Shown: one piece after another, positions 1-9,701 of the stretch | How positions within the stretch are numbered: the first letter of the stretch is position 1 | How the letters are laid out: every line of letters starts with the position of its first letter | Source: a virus | Taxonomy: Duplodnaviria; Caudoviricetes | Reading direction: 5' to 3' (one strand) | Virus record (IMG/VR): IMGVR_UViG_3300034141_000032 | Span: 1-63,364 of that record | Length of the DNA stretch: 63,364 nucleotides | Notes under the pieces: model-generated | What the model saw: only the letters and a program-made list of their open reading frames with translations | What the model was told of the DNA's origin: nothing | Databases searched by the model: none | Program-made: the position numbers and the translations under genes

Positions 1-157
1 ATCGCTTCCGCCATGGTGGGCTCGGAACCGCTGTATTCCAGTTCGTTGAAGCTCCAGGCCCACTCGTCGCCAGTGGCGTGCGGGTCGACCAGGTTTCCGT
101 CTTTGACCAGGGCGACAACGGACACATCCGGGGCTGCCGCAAGATCGAACGAGATTG
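1..157. repeat. Terminal direct repeat, left copy (circular/permuted genome overlap)
   Basis: 1-157 equals 63208-63364 except C125 vs T63332; an ORF reads continuously across the join. Confidence 0.95.
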
Positions 158-1229
158 CCGGCTCCGGCTCGTCGGTGATTGTTTCGGCCAGCAGGCTGAT
201 GTGCTTGTCGTCGTCGGCGCCGTCGAGCGCGGCGACAACTGTTTCGACTGGCATGGCAGCAACACGGTAGGCTTCGGCCTGCGCTGCGGCGGCAGCCTTC
301 TGCTGCGCGAATTCTGCTTTCTCGGCTTCAAAGGCGGCGCGCTCGGCGGCCTGGGCTTCTTCGGCAGCCTTGCGATCGGCGGCAATCTGGGCCTGCTGGG
401 CATCGAGCTGGCGCTTCGTCTCTTTGGCCACGCGCTCGCGCTCGGCCAGTTCGGCGGCAGCGATGCGGTCGCGCTCGGTCTGCTGCTCGGCGGCGATGCG
501 TGCTGCTTCGGCCTGCTGGGCAGCGGCAATACGGGCAGCTTCGGCTTGCTGCTCGGCCAGTTCGGCGCGCTGGCGCTCTACCTCAAGGGCCGCCAAGCGG
601 TTTTCTTCAGCGATCTGTGCCTGGCGCGCTGCTTCGTCCTCGCGCGCCTTGGCGGCGTGATACAGGTCGTTTAGAGCGCGGATGGCCGACAGCACGGCGC
701 TGTTCGCCTCGTCGGTCAGTTCGGCAAAGTCCGCGCTGGTGTCGAACTGCTCGAGCGCCTGCTTTTCGGTGGCGATCGTTTCCGAATCTTCGCCGGCCAT
801 GCCTAGTGGGATATTGCGGATCGCTTCGATCTTGACGCGGATAGCGGCCACGCGGGCTGCTTCGACGCGCTCGCGCTCGGCTTTCTCAGCGGCCAGCTTC
901 GCCTCGTGCTCCTTGATCTGGGCATCAATCGGATCTTCCAGGGCGGTCAACTTGCTGGTGATGTCCTTCGCTTCCTGGTCGATGTCCTTGCAGCGCTGCA
1001 GGGCCGGTGCCTTGATCTGGACACGCATTTTCTCGAGCCCGACACGCAGGTTGCGCAACTCGGCGCGCGCGGCGATCGCGTCCTTCATGCCGGCGGTGGT
1101 GGCGACCGGGAAGATAACTTTCTCGTACTTCCCGCGTAATTCGCCCAGCGCTGCGGCCGTGGTCGAGTATTCGGCGATCTTGGTGGTGATGGCGAGCGGG
1201 TTTGCTGGTGGATCGATGTTTAATTGCAT
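1..1229 (-). CDS. Coiled-coil-rich phage protein, 5' part (continues across the join to 62889; ~515 aa in total)
   Basis: ATG at 1229 with GGAG RBS; MQLNIDPPAKPLAITTKIAEYS... open to base 1 and in frame with the 62889..63332 ORF; absent from the ORF track because it runs off the end. Confidence 0.85.
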   Translation of the reverse strand, partial: MQLNIDPPANPLAITTKIAEYSTTAAALGELRGKYEKVIFPVATTAGMKDAIAARAELRNLRVGLEKMRVQIKAPALQRCKDIDQEAKDITSKLTALEDPIDAQIKEHEAKLAAEKAERERVEAARVAAIRVKIEAIRNIPLGMAGEDSETIATEKQALEQFDTSADFAELTDEANSAVLSAIRALNDLYHAAKAREDEAARQAQIAEENRLAALEVERQRAELAEQQAEAARIAAAQQAEAARIAAEQQTERDRIAAAELAERERVAKETKRQLDAQQAQIAADRKAAEEAQAAERAAFEAEKAEFAQQKAAAAAQAEAYRVAAMPVETVVAALDGADDDKHISLLAETITDEPEPAISFDLAAAPDVSVVALVKDGNLVDPHATGDEWAWSFNELEYSGSEPTMAEA

Positions 1230-1263
1230 GGTGGTGCTCCCTTTTGTGGTTGTGTGGTGCTGG

Positions 1264-1554
1264 TTAAAAATCGTCGCGCTCGATCTCGTGCTCGATCGTC
1301 AAGCTGGCATCGTCATAGGCTGGCGCCTCGCAGCAGGTGCTGACCGTCTGGATGTCGGTATGGGTGCTGACGCTGCCCCAGAACTCGGTGCGCCCGTAAC
1401 CGAAGTCCATGCGCTTGGCCTTGCACGGCTCGCCGCATTCGCCGCAGAACGGGCCGGACTGGCTTGCGTGGCAAGCGCCGCCCGTGGCGCGGTGTGGAAA
1501 CGAATACGCCTTGCACCCGCAGACGGTGGGCTTTCGGGTTTGGACGGTCATCAC
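1264..1554 (-). CDS. Hypothetical Cys-rich (zinc-binding) protein
   Basis: 96 aa with CGC, CGEC and CC motifs; overlaps neighbour in operon fashion. Confidence 0.7.
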   Translation of the reverse strand: MMTVQTRKPTVCGCKAYSFPHRATGGACHASQSGPFCGECGEPCKAKRMDFGYGRTEFWGSVSTHTDIQTVSTCCEAPAYDDASLTIEHEIERDDF

Positions 1555-1889
1555 TCGCGCCCCACTGGTTTGGCGGTCAGGTCACGCAGCTCGTCGCGAA
1601 TAGCTCCAATGTGCTTGCGCGTCTCGGGCTCGATCTTCCATTCCGCGATCAGGGCCAGGAAGCTGGCGGCGCGCTTCATGGCGATGCGGGCGCGCTCGGG
1701 GATCTCGCCACCGGTGGCGCTGCGCGTGTCGTAAGCTCGGATGTCTTCGGTGCGATAGCGGATCGAGTTGGCGCCAAGGGACAGGAACTGCGGCCCAGCG
1801 CCGGATTTTCTCCACTTCTGCACCGTCCGAGTGGTCACGCCATAGTGCTCGGCGACTTCAGTTTCGGTCAGGAGGACATCCATGGTCAT
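1551..1889 (-). CDS. Helix-turn-helix DNA-binding protein (AlpA/excisionase-like)
   Basis: LLTETEVAEHYGVTTRTVQKWRKSGAGPQF...IRYRTEDI winged-HTH signature. Confidence 0.8.
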   Translation of the reverse strand: MTMDVLLTETEVAEHYGVTTRTVQKWRKSGAGPQFLSLGANSIRYRTEDIRAYDTRSATGGEIPERARIAMKRAASFLALIAEWKIEPETRKHIGAIRDELRDLTAKPVGRE

Positions 1890-2722
1890 TACTCCGCTGC
1901 CTGCTGGGGCGCCTGGTCCTTCGGCTTGACGATGTCCTTCAGACGCGACGATTTGTTCGCTTCCTTCGGCGGTGCCAGCAGCTTCGCCTTGCGGCCATTC
2001 ACGGCGGCGACCAGATCGCGGTAATCAAAGTCGGTGCCCTTGGCTTTGATCTCGGCCTCGCCGTCTTTCCAGACCTGCTCCAACGCTGGCAGGTCGGCAG
2101 CGCGCGCCGCAGCGCCGCACCACTTGTCGGCCAGCGCGGTGTCGAGCGCAGCGGCCTGCCCGTCATCGTCAGCCTGGTCGTGCGTGGCCAAGCCGGTGGC
2201 AGCCAACAGCGTGTAGCGCTGCAGGTAGGTGATGGCCGATGCCACCTGCTGGATCTGGTTCTTCTTGCCGCTGTCGTCCTTGGCGGCCTGCATCGTTACC
2301 AGTTCGGAGTGCCCCATGCGGTGCGTGATGACGCAATCTACTTCGACCAAAGAGCCATGATTCCGCACCGCCCATGCATGCGAGAAGCCGTGCGCCGCCA
2401 GCCCTTCGACGATGGCATTGGTGACGTTGCCCAACGTGGCGTGTTTGTAACCGGTGAAGGTACCGTCTTTATTTTCGTAGCCGACCAGCTTGTCCTTCAC
2501 GATGGTGGGCGGGTTCTTCTTGAACTCGGCCATGTCGGCGACGTACGCCTTGCGCGCTTCGTTTGCTTCCCAGCGCATTTGCAGGTCCATCAGCTTTTCG
2601 ATTTGCTCGATGTTCCCGCCCTTCTCCATGGCGTAAATGAGGATGTCGGCCGGCGTGCGGGCAGTCGTAGCCAGCGCGCGCGGCGCCGGCTCGATGGTCT
2701 GGATGTTGTTTTCGGTGTTCAT
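1889..2722 (-). CDS. erf: ERF-family single-strand annealing protein
   Basis: YKHATL and SAITYLQRYTLLAATGLA..DDDG ERF motifs; ATG 2722 with AAGGAG RBS. Confidence 0.85.
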   Translation of the reverse strand: MNTENNIQTIEPAPRALATTARTPADILIYAMEKGGNIEQIEKLMDLQMRWEANEARKAYVADMAEFKKNPPTIVKDKLVGYENKDGTFTGYKHATLGNVTNAIVEGLAAHGFSHAWAVRNHGSLVEVDCVITHRMGHSELVTMQAAKDDSGKKNQIQQVASAITYLQRYTLLAATGLATHDQADDDGQAAALDTALADKWCGAAARAADLPALEQVWKDGEAEIKAKGTDFDYRDLVAAVNGRKAKLLAPPKEANKSSRLKDIVKPKDQAPQQAAE

Positions 2723-2748
2723 AACGCGGTACTCCTTGAATGGGTTGA

Positions 2749-2976
2749 TCAGTCGACGTGCGGGATAGCGAGCAGGTCGAACTGGCAAACGTGATCGGGG
2801 GCGAAGGCGTCGCGCAGCAGGGCGACAGCTTCCTCGCCGACGGCCTTGTCCGTGTAGGTGCGGATGATGCGCTTGAGGAAAGGCTGCGGCATCACTGTGC
2901 CCGGCGCGGCTGGGTTCGGGACTGCGATGTTCTGCATCTCGACCAGCACGAAGGTTTCAAATGGGCCGGCCATCAC
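2749..2976 (-). CDS. Hypothetical protein
   Basis: 75 aa, coupled to the upstream exonuclease gene. Confidence 0.6.
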   Translation of the reverse strand: MMAGPFETFVLVEMQNIAVPNPAAPGTVMPQPFLKRIIRTYTDKAVGEEAVALLRDAFAPDHVCQFDLLAIPHVD

Positions 2977-4010
2977 GCTGCCTCTGTGATGCGGATATTG
3001 CGGAACGGCGCGACGGTCGACTCGATCTGCGCTTCCTTGATCTGGGACAGCGAGATGGTGATGCGCTCGCTGGCGCTGCGTACGTAGCAGCGGAAGCTTT
3101 CCTTGTTGGTTCCGGCGCTGATCTTGCCGTCAGCGTAGACGATCGACTTGGCCGTCTGGATGATGGTGGTGATCTCGGCCTTGGCGGCGTCCTTGATCTC
3201 GGTGGCGGCCTTAATATCGGCGGCGGCCTGCTTGTAGGTCTTGCACAGCGTCGCCAGGCGCACGTTGTCGGACAGGTCGATGCTGGAACCATCGTTGTCG
3301 CGGTAGACGCGGGCGATGGCATCACCGTCCTTGTTGAAGTCTGGTTGCGGTGGCACGCCCGCGTCCACATAGGTCCAGAACTCGGCCGCCTTGAGCCTGA
3401 TCGCGGTGCCAGTGGCTTCGTCGCGCTCGCGGAAGATGGTCTTTGGTGTGTTTCCACCAACAAGTGGTGCGATTATCGACCACTCCAGACCTGCAACTTC
3501 GAGCTGGTGGGCGACTTGCATCTCGATGTGGGCGGGCGCTTCGATGGTTTCGCCATCGTCCACCCAGCCGCGGCGGAATTGTAGGCCGTCGACGTTCTTG
3601 ATCTCCAGGATGCCGTCGCCGTGCTTGCGGAACAGGTTGCGCGCCGTCTCGTCGCCGGTGAAGTGCTCGACGATGCCGACGACCTTGAAATCGAAGGAGG
3701 AGCCCATGCGCAGCTCGGGGATCCGCATGTAGACTTTGAACGGCTGGACGATCAGGCCCAGGTCTTCGGCCACGCCGGCGGCGATTGCGGCTTCCAGGCG
3801 ATTTCCCCACTTGGTCCGGTCGTTCGCCTCAAACGGAGCGGCCGGCAGCAGGCCAGCCTTGATATGATAGAGCTCGTAGAATGTGCGGGCGTTCTCATAA
3901 GCGCCGACATTGAACAGGCCAGCAGCTTCGGTGCTGGTCAGGTCCAGACGGCGCGCGGCCAGCCAGTCGGCCTCATTGGCGTGGACCAGTGTTTCGCGGG
4001 TGATTTGCAT
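2973..4010 (-). CDS. YqaJ-like viral recombinase exonuclease
   Basis: WLAARR..LTSTEAA, WGNRLE, SSFDF, LEIKN and QVAHQL motifs; adjacent to ERF. Confidence 0.9.
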   Translation of the reverse strand: MQITRETLVHANEADWLAARRLDLTSTEAAGLFNVGAYENARTFYELYHIKAGLLPAAPFEANDRTKWGNRLEAAIAAGVAEDLGLIVQPFKVYMRIPELRMGSSFDFKVVGIVEHFTGDETARNLFRKHGDGILEIKNVDGLQFRRGWVDDGETIEAPAHIEMQVAHQLEVAGLEWSIIAPLVGGNTPKTIFRERDEATGTAIRLKAAEFWTYVDAGVPPQPDFNKDGDAIARVYRDNDGSSIDLSDNVRLATLCKTYKQAAADIKAATEIKDAAKAEITTIIQTAKSIVYADGKISAGTNKESFRCYVRSASERITISLSQIKEAQIESTVAPFRNIRITEAA

Positions 4011-4058
4011 TTCTTTTCTCCGGTTTGAATTTGACCTGCAATTTCATGCAGTGGTCAT

Positions 4059-4090
4059 ATATTAGCGTGGCCGGTTCGGAAATGCAACCA
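4059..4090 (-). promoter_or_regulatory. Leftward early promoter (PL-like) overlapped by a YGGT-N11-ACCR operator
   Basis: -35 TTGCAT (4087-4082), 17-bp spacer, -10 TAATAT (4064-4059); palindromic motif at 4072-4090. Confidence 0.7.
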
Positions 4091-4158
4091 CATTTTCGCT
4101 AGATTGTCGCGCGCTGCGCCAAAAATCCAACCAAATTGAGATTGTGTTACGATCTAGC

Positions 4159-4623
4159 ATGGACCTCACCCACACAGCACTAAGAGAAGTGATCAGCTAC
4201 GACCAGGAATCGGGGGTGTTCACTGAGATCAAGTCAGGCGCGCGCGCCGACAAGCCCTGCACATCGGGCTATATGCTTGTCTATTTGGGCGGCAGAAACT
4301 ACCGCGCTCACCGGCTTGCATGGTTCTACATGACCGGCACCTGGCCGGCAAAAATGATCGACCACGAGAACCGGTGCAAGTCTGATAATCGCTGGAGCAA
4401 CCTGCGGGAAGCAACTCCGTCCGGGAGTTCTTACAACCGAAAGGGCTGGGGCAAATCTGGCCTAAAGGGCGTCAGAAAAGAATTCAATAAATGGATCGCG
4501 CAGGGCTCGGTGAACGGTAAGACAGTCAAGATCGGCTCATACGACACACCCGATGAAGCGCACCAGGCTTACATTGCATTCACCCAAAGGAAAGCCGGAG
4601 CTTTTTTCTGTGCGGACTCTTAG
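4159..4623 (+). CDS. HNH homing endonuclease with AP2-like C-terminus
   Basis: YRAHRLAWFYMTG.WP...IDHENRCKSDNRWSNLREAT; SGLKGV...WIAQ...IGSYDTPDEAHQAY. Confidence 0.9.
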   Translation: MDLTHTALREVISYDQESGVFTEIKSGARADKPCTSGYMLVYLGGRNYRAHRLAWFYMTGTWPAKMIDHENRCKSDNRWSNLREATPSGSSYNRKGWGKSGLKGVRKEFNKWIAQGSVNGKTVKIGSYDTPDEAHQAYIAFTQRKAGAFFCADS

Positions 4624-5210
4624 TTTCTTGTGATGATGATAGGCGTGGCCCATTCCAGAACAGCGCTTTCGCGCACCAGCGGGCCGCTCAAGTTGTAAGT
4701 TCCTTCACGGTAGCCGCGCTTGACGGCGGCGATGCCGGCCGGGCCGTCCTTGATCTTGGCAAAGCACAGCCGGCCCAGGACTGCCGGGTCGACGCCATTG
4801 CGTTCACGGCAGAAGAAAACCCAACCGTCCATCCAGTCCAGGGCGCTGCCTGCCGTGCGGCACTGCACGGCAACCGTTTGTTCCGGCAGATCCTCCGGCG
4901 AGCTCGTGCGCTCGACGATGTCCGCTCCGTATTCCTCGACGGTGCCGTCGCCACGCATCGCGCCAACGACCGCGATCCGGCGCCCGCTCATGGGCCGCAC
5001 GGTCACACCCGCGTTCTCAACAATTTTATGCAACGGCTCGCCGAAGATGGTCGACAGCTTGGCCGCCTCGTCCAGTTGCAGCTTGCGCACGCCCGAAAAT
5101 GCCAGGGAAAGCTGCGAGTGCGACATGTCCATCTTCTTCGCCAGCCCTCGAAGCGATAGCCCCTGGTCGGCCATCAGGCTCTCGAAATAGCGGCGGTTGA
5201 TCTCGGTCAT
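4620..5210 (-). CDS. CI-like phage repressor (XRE HTH plus C-terminal S24-like domain)
   Basis: GLSLRGLAKKMDMSHSQLSLAFSGVRKLQLDEAAKLSTIF; divergent from a cro-like gene; start trimmed to MTEINRR. Confidence 0.8.
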   Translation of the reverse strand: MTEINRRYFESLMADQGLSLRGLAKKMDMSHSQLSLAFSGVRKLQLDEAAKLSTIFGEPLHKIVENAGVTVRPMSGRRIAVVGAMRGDGTVEEYGADIVERTSSPEDLPEQTVAVQCRTAGSALDWMDGWVFFCRERNGVDPAVLGRLCFAKIKDGPAGIAAVKRGYREGTYNLSGPLVRESAVLEWATPIIITRN

Positions 5211-5239
5211 TCGCACGGGCCTCAAGCTTATCCGGTCAG

Positions 5240-5321
5240 ACTTTAATGCTGTTGTGGTCATTCCGCAACCAAAATTCGATGCGGCTGTGGTATTGTTATC
5301 GAACCACTTTGCTGGCATGCT
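5240..5321. promoter_or_regulatory. Divergent immunity-region promoters with operator
   Basis: Minus: TTGCGG(5268-5263)-17-TAAAGT(5245-5240). Plus: TTGTTA(5293-5298)-17-CATGCT(5316-5321) with extended TG. Operator TGGT-N11-ACCA at 5288-5306. Confidence 0.65.
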
Positions 5322-5352
5322 TGTTTGCTGACCCATATCGGAGCCCCTTTTA

Positions 5353-5640
5353 ATGGAAATTAAGACTGAAAAAGACATCGACGGCGATGTCGCAAAAGCG
5401 AAACGCAAGGAGCTGGGCTTGAGCCAGCCGAAGTTCTGGGGGCCGGTCGGCGTCTCCCAGACTCACGGCAGCTTGTTCGAAACGAAGCGCTCGACGCGCC
5501 TTACCACGCCGATCCGCATCCTCTTATTCGCCCGCTATTTTGCCGGCCTCGACATCGACGCATCGACCGAAGAAGGCGCAGCAGGACTGGTTAGGTTAGC
5601 ACAACACCAGAGCGCGGCGCGCGCGCATTCTCAAGATTAA
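5353..5640 (+). CDS. Cro-like HTH regulator
   Basis: KRKELGLSQPKFWGPVGVSQTHGSLFE HTH; first gene of the rightward operon. Confidence 0.75.
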   Translation: MEIKTEKDIDGDVAKAKRKELGLSQPKFWGPVGVSQTHGSLFETKRSTRLTTPIRILLFARYFAGLDIDASTEEGAAGLVRLAQHQSAARAHSQD

Positions 5641-5675
5641 CCCCCGGAAATACTGATTAATAACAAGGAGAAATA

Positions 5676-6140
5676 ATGTTCCTCATCGGACTGGCTCGGC
5701 TCGGCAAAGATGCCGAAATTCGCTTCACCCCTGACGGCGTGGCCGTGGCCAACCTGGCCCTGGCGTTCAACTATGGAAAGAAGGGCGCCGACGGCAAGCG
5801 CGCGACGCAATGGGTTGACGCTTCCTTCTGGGGAGAGCGTGCGCAAAAGCTCGAGCAGTACCTGGTCAAGGGCCAGCTTGTCGAAGTGCACCTGGTCGAC
5901 CCGCACATCGAAACCTACACGCTGCGCGATGGCGCTAGCGGCACCAAGATGGTCGCCATGGTCAACCACCTGGAATTTGCAGGCTCGGCGCCGCAGCAGT
6001 CCGGCCAGCAAGCGCCAGCGCACGGCCAAGGACAGCAGCGCAACTCTTATGCGGACCAGAAAGGCAGCGGCAACGCTCCGCGCCCGGCACCCAAACCGGC
6101 GCCCAACTTCTCCGACATGGATGACGACATCCCGTTTTAG
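5676..6140 (+). CDS. ssb: Single-stranded DNA-binding protein
   Basis: OB-fold (RLGKDAEIRFTPDGVAVANLALA) and acidic tail DMDDDIPF. Confidence 0.95.
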   Translation: MFLIGLARLGKDAEIRFTPDGVAVANLALAFNYGKKGADGKRATQWVDASFWGERAQKLEQYLVKGQLVEVHLVDPHIETYTLRDGASGTKMVAMVNHLEFAGSAPQQSGQQAPAHGQGQQRNSYADQKGSGNAPRPAPKPAPNFSDMDDDIPF

Positions 6141-6173
6141 AACCCATAACCACCAACAACAAAGGAAATAATT

Positions 6174-7358
6174 ATGTGGTTAAAGAACCTTCAGATTTAC
6201 CGCTTGCCCGCCGGCTGGGCGATGACCGGCGATCGCCTTTCCGAGCTGCTGGCGCAGCAATCGTTCGTGCCGTGCACCAGCAATGAACTGACGCGCCAAG
6301 GCTGGATCTCGCCACGCGAGAACGACCAGCTTGTACATGTCGTCAATCGCCAGTTCCTGCTGCGCCTGCGCACCGAGAAGAAGCTGCTGCCGACCAGCGT
6401 GATCAACCAGGTGGCGAAAGCCAAAGCCGCTGAACTGGAAGAAGCGCAGGGCTTCGCGCCGGGCCGCAAAGCGATGAAGGAACTTAAAGAGCGCGTGGCC
6501 GATGAGTTGCTGCCGCGCGCGTTCGGGATCTGCCGCGATACATGGGTGTGGATCGACCCGGTCAATGGCTGGCTCGTGGTCGATGCGGCCACAGCTTCGG
6601 CTTCCGATGACGTGATCAAGCTACTGCTCAAGGCAGTTGACCGCATGCCGCTGGAGTCGGTGCGCGTGGCACGCTCGCCAGTGGCGATGATGACCGCCTG
6701 GCTGGAAACGGACGAAGCGCCGGCCGGCTTCACGGTCGACCGCGATGCCGAACTTCGCTCGACGGGCGAAAGCAAGGCGGCCGTGCGCTACGTCAAGCAC
6801 ACGCTCGAGACGGACGACGTGCGCCGCCATATCGCCGCCGGCAAGCAGTGCACGCGCCTGGCCATGACCTGGAACGACAAGATCAGCTTCGTGCTTACCG
6901 AGTCGCTGACGATCAAGGGCGTGGCCCCGCTGGACGTGATCACCGAAGGTAACGCCGGCACGCGCGACAGCGAGGAGCGCTTCGATAACGATATGGTGCT
7001 GATGACTGGCGAACTGGCGCAGATGCTGGACGCCATCATGGAAGCGCTAGGCGGCGAAGCGGCTGATCTGGCGTCGCCGGCGCGCGGGCCAGCCAAGCCG
7101 TCGATCGAGAAGGCAATCACGTTGACAGCGCAGTTGTACTCGGCGCGCGCTGCAGCGCGCCACCAGTTGGGCGACCGCTTCACCGACAAGATGTCCGAAA
7201 TCGGTGCCGACATCGAAAAGGTCATGCGCAACCAGGAACTCGGGGTGATCGAGGCTGCCATGGCAGTTTGCAAGCGCACGCCAGGATCCGCCGACAACGT
7301 TTTCGTGATGGCCGCTGCCGTTGAACTGGCAGAGCCCAGCGAAGGTGTCGCAGCATGA
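6174..7358 (+). CDS. rdgC: Recombination-associated protein RdgC with ~90-aa C-terminal extension
   Basis: [58 protein letters not shown]. Confidence 0.92.
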   Translation: MWLKNLQIYRLPAGWAMTGDRLSELLAQQSFVPCTSNELTRQGWISPRENDQLVHVVNRQFLLRLRTEKKLLPTSVINQVAKAKAAELEEAQGFAPGRKAMKELKERVADELLPRAFGICRDTWVWIDPVNGWLVVDAATASASDDVIKLLLKAVDRMPLESVRVARSPVAMMTAWLETDEAPAGFTVDRDAELRSTGESKAAVRYVKHTLETDDVRRHIAAGKQCTRLAMTWNDKISFVLTESLTIKGVAPLDVITEGNAGTRDSEERFDNDMVLMTGELAQMLDAIMEALGGEAADLASPARGPAKPSIEKAITLTAQLYSARAAARHQLGDRFTDKMSEIGADIEKVMRNQELGVIEAAMAVCKRTPGSADNVFVMAAAVELAEPSEGVAA

Positions 7359-7816
7359 GCGACGATGAACAGACCAGCGCAGTGCTGGGCACCACCACCA
7401 CCGTCAAGACCATGGTTGATGGTACGCTGCGCATCTCGCTCGACATTGAGCCGCGTCACGCCCAGGCCGCTTTCGCGCTGTTCGGCGCACCGGGCACGCC
7501 AGTCGCTGTCGCGCGCATCATGCCCGAGATCGCCCAGCAGCAGGCCCGCCAGGAGATGATCGCCCAAGACAAGCCCAAGGGCGGCGCGCTGTGCAAGCTG
7601 GCCGGCATGTTCTGCGGCGACGGGAAGTTCCGCGACTGGTTGCGCCTGACCTATGATCCGCTGCCGCGCACCGCCGAGGACGCGGCCACCATCATCCGCA
7701 ATGTCTGTGGTGTGGGCTCGCGCGCCGATCTGGACCACAACGAGGTAGCGGCGAACATCTTCCACCAGCGATTCCGGCTGCCTTACAGCGCCTGGCTGGA
7801 TGGGAGAAAAACATGA
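7355..7816 (+). CDS. Hypothetical phage protein
   Basis: 153 aa with ATGA overlap; [10 protein letters not shown] and [12 protein letters not shown] motifs. Confidence 0.75.
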   Translation: MSDDEQTSAVLGTTTTVKTMVDGTLRISLDIEPRHAQAAFALFGAPGTPVAVARIMPEIAQQQARQEMIAQDKPKGGALCKLAGMFCGDGKFRDWLRLTYDPLPRTAEDAATIIRNVCGVGSRADLDHNEVAANIFHQRFRLPYSAWLDGRKT

Positions 7817-8001
7817 AGATGTGCGACCACGCGGCATTCTGCGGCAAGCGCATGGCCGAAGGCGATCGCGTCAACGGCTGTAACGATGCCGACCAGGCGC
7901 GATGCAACCCGGTCATCGGATCCTCGCCGACCGCCCCGCCAGCACCAGTGGAGCCCCACCCAATGTGGCTTCGGATCCACGACGGGGAGATACCACGGTG
8001 A
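7813..8001 (+). CDS. Hypothetical protein
   Basis: 62 aa, 4-bp overlaps on both sides, GGAG RBS. Confidence 0.55.
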   Translation: MKMCDHAAFCGKRMAEGDRVNGCNDADQARCNPVIGSSPTAPPAPVEPHPMWLRIHDGEIPR

Positions 8002-8405
8002 AGCGCACGACCGAAATGAAGCGGACGCCCATGAAGCAGGGCAAGCCGATGGCACGCGGCACCTCGCGGATGCGCGCCACGAAGCCGGCATCTGAGAAGC
8101 CGAAGCGCGCGGCCCGCGCCACGGGCGAGGACAAGCTGTGTCGCGGCCAACCCTGCTACTTGGCGGTCATCGGCACCTGCACGCGCGACATCGCCACCGT
8201 GGTGCCCTGCCACAGCAACCAGGCCCGGCACGGCAAGGGCACCAGCCTGAAGGCGCTCGACATCTACACAGTACCAGGATGCCGCGCCTGCCATGCTGAG
8301 ATTGATCAAGGCCGACGCTTCACCAAGGCCGAGAAGTTCGCCATCTGGGATGTGGCTTTCGCTAGGTGGGAAGTCGACCGTAGTAAATTGATGACAGTCG
8401 CATGA
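7998..8405 (+). CDS. DUF1364/YbcO-like putative HNH-type nuclease
   Basis: RGQPCYLAVIGTC...TVVPCHSN...HGKG..LKA.D...GCRACHAEIDQG. Confidence 0.75.
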   Translation: MKRTTEMKRTPMKQGKPMARGTSRMRATKPASEKPKRAARATGEDKLCRGQPCYLAVIGTCTRDIATVVPCHSNQARHGKGTSLKALDIYTVPGCRACHAEIDQGRRFTKAEKFAIWDVAFARWEVDRSKLMTVA

Positions 8406-8584
8406 AATAGTCGCCTTCGATCAATTGTATTGAGGTAAAATAAAGCTGTGCTTGGCCGCACGCAAATAAACAGTTGGCATCCACATGCCCCCTCTGCCGG
8501 TACTGTTACCGGTCGGCCAACCTGGAGCAGCAATGCTTCGGGAGAGGGTGGCAGGTGGATGCTTTTCCTTTTCAGGGAGGCATT

Positions 8585-8908
8585 ATGATCAAAACCTACG
8601 CCGAACGCAGGCAACTCAGCGACCGCATCGACATCAACTTCATCGACGGCCGCGAAACTGGCGACGATTCCTTCGGGCTAGCCCAGCCACTGGTCTTTGA
8701 GCGCGTCAAGAGCGGCGAGTACCACGGGCACCGCCGGCCGGCGCTGTCGCTGCGCGGGACCGATGCGCAGCAGCTCATGGATCAGCTCTGGCACTGCGGC
8801 CTGCGCCCATCCGAGGGCACCGGTAGCGCTGGCTCGCTGGCTGCCACCGAGCGCCACCTGGCCGACATGAAGAAGATCGCGTTTCACGCGCTGAAGGTGG
8901 CGCCGTGA
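8585..8908 (+). CDS. Hypothetical phage protein
   Basis: GGAGG RBS; AQQLMDQLWHCGLRPSEGTGSAG..ATERHLADM. Confidence 0.75.
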   Translation: MIKTYAERRQLSDRIDINFIDGRETGDDSFGLAQPLVFERVKSGEYHGHRRPALSLRGTDAQQLMDQLWHCGLRPSEGTGSAGSLAATERHLADMKKIAFHALKVAP

Positions 8909-9273
8909 AAGCCAGTCTCGAGACACGGGCGCTGGCCGCTTGCCGCGATCTGGTTGCAACCAAAACTGAAGTAGAAAGCCTTGGGCACCTGATTGGCGAC
9001 GCATTGGGCCGCTGCTTCACGGATTGGTATAAGGCACAGCCCGAATGGTCTAACCCGACCGGTCACGAGCCACACCTGAAGGCCGCCTACGCTCCGATCA
9101 TCTACGAATTCGAGGATGAAACCTGCTACCGGGACGAGGCGGCGATCGTCGCCATGCTCGCTGATTGCCCGCACTGCCTAGCAGCGCACAAGGCCATCCA
9201 AGAACGCAAGGTCGCACGCCGCAAGCTGGGCGCCGCGCGCCGCGCTGTGACCATTATCGGGAGGGCTGCATGA
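8905..9273 (+). CDS. Hypothetical protein
   Basis: 122 aa with CPHC; coupled to both neighbours. Confidence 0.7.
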   Translation: MKASLETRALAACRDLVATKTEVESLGHLIGDALGRCFTDWYKAQPEWSNPTGHEPHLKAAYAPIIYEFEDETCYRDEAAIVAMLADCPHCLAAHKAIQERKVARRKLGAARRAVTIIGRAA

Positions 9274-9701
9274 GCGAATTCACCAGCCAGGCGGCCCTGT
9301 TCACCTGGGCCCGGCTGCCCACCATCGTCAAAGCCTATCCGGGCATCGACCTGCTCGAAGGGTCCATGAACGGCGTGCGCCTGACCAAGGCCCAGGCCGG
9401 CAAGGCGAAGGCGGCAGGCATGCTCAAGGGCAGCCATGACGTGAAGCTGCCGATCGCGCGCGGCCCATACCGCGGCCTGTCGATCGAGATGAAGTTCGGC
9501 AAGAACACCCTGACCGACGAGCAGAAGTGGTACGGGCAGCGCCTGCGCAATGAGGGCTGGCGCGTGGAAGCGTGCTGGGATTGGGTCGCGGCTCGCAACC
9601 TGGTCATCGAATACCTGACACAGGAAGACTTGTTCGCCGGCACCGGTGGGCTTTGCCATGCGTGCGCTGGTTCGATTTCCACACCAACAAAGACAAAATG
9701 A
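9270..9701 (+). CDS. VRR-NUC family endonuclease (possible Holliday junction resolvase)
   Basis: KAAGMLKGSHDVKLP...LSIEMK.GKNTLTDEQK PD-(D/E)xK motif. Confidence 0.85.
   Translation: MSEFTSQAALFTWARLPTIVKAYPGIDLLEGSMNGVRLTKAQAGKAKAAGMLKGSHDVKLPIARGPYRGLSIEMKFGKNTLTDEQKWYGQRLRNEGWRVEACWDWVAARNLVIEYLTQEDLFAGTGGLCHACAGSISTPTKTK

Noticed and set aside
1-157. End repeats as attL/attR of an integrated prophage
   Set aside because: They lie inside a phage CDS, no host DNA flanks them, and attP appears intact elsewhere
78-1734. Plus-strand ORFs 78-674 and 682-1734
   Set aside because: Shadows of the minus-strand gene that spans the join and of its neighbours
5255-5271. TGGT-N9-ACCA near the repressor promoter, and the ACCA-N11-ACCA site at 36461-36479
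   Set aside because: Spacing or orientation differs from the 19-bp consensus; possibly weak sites but not counted
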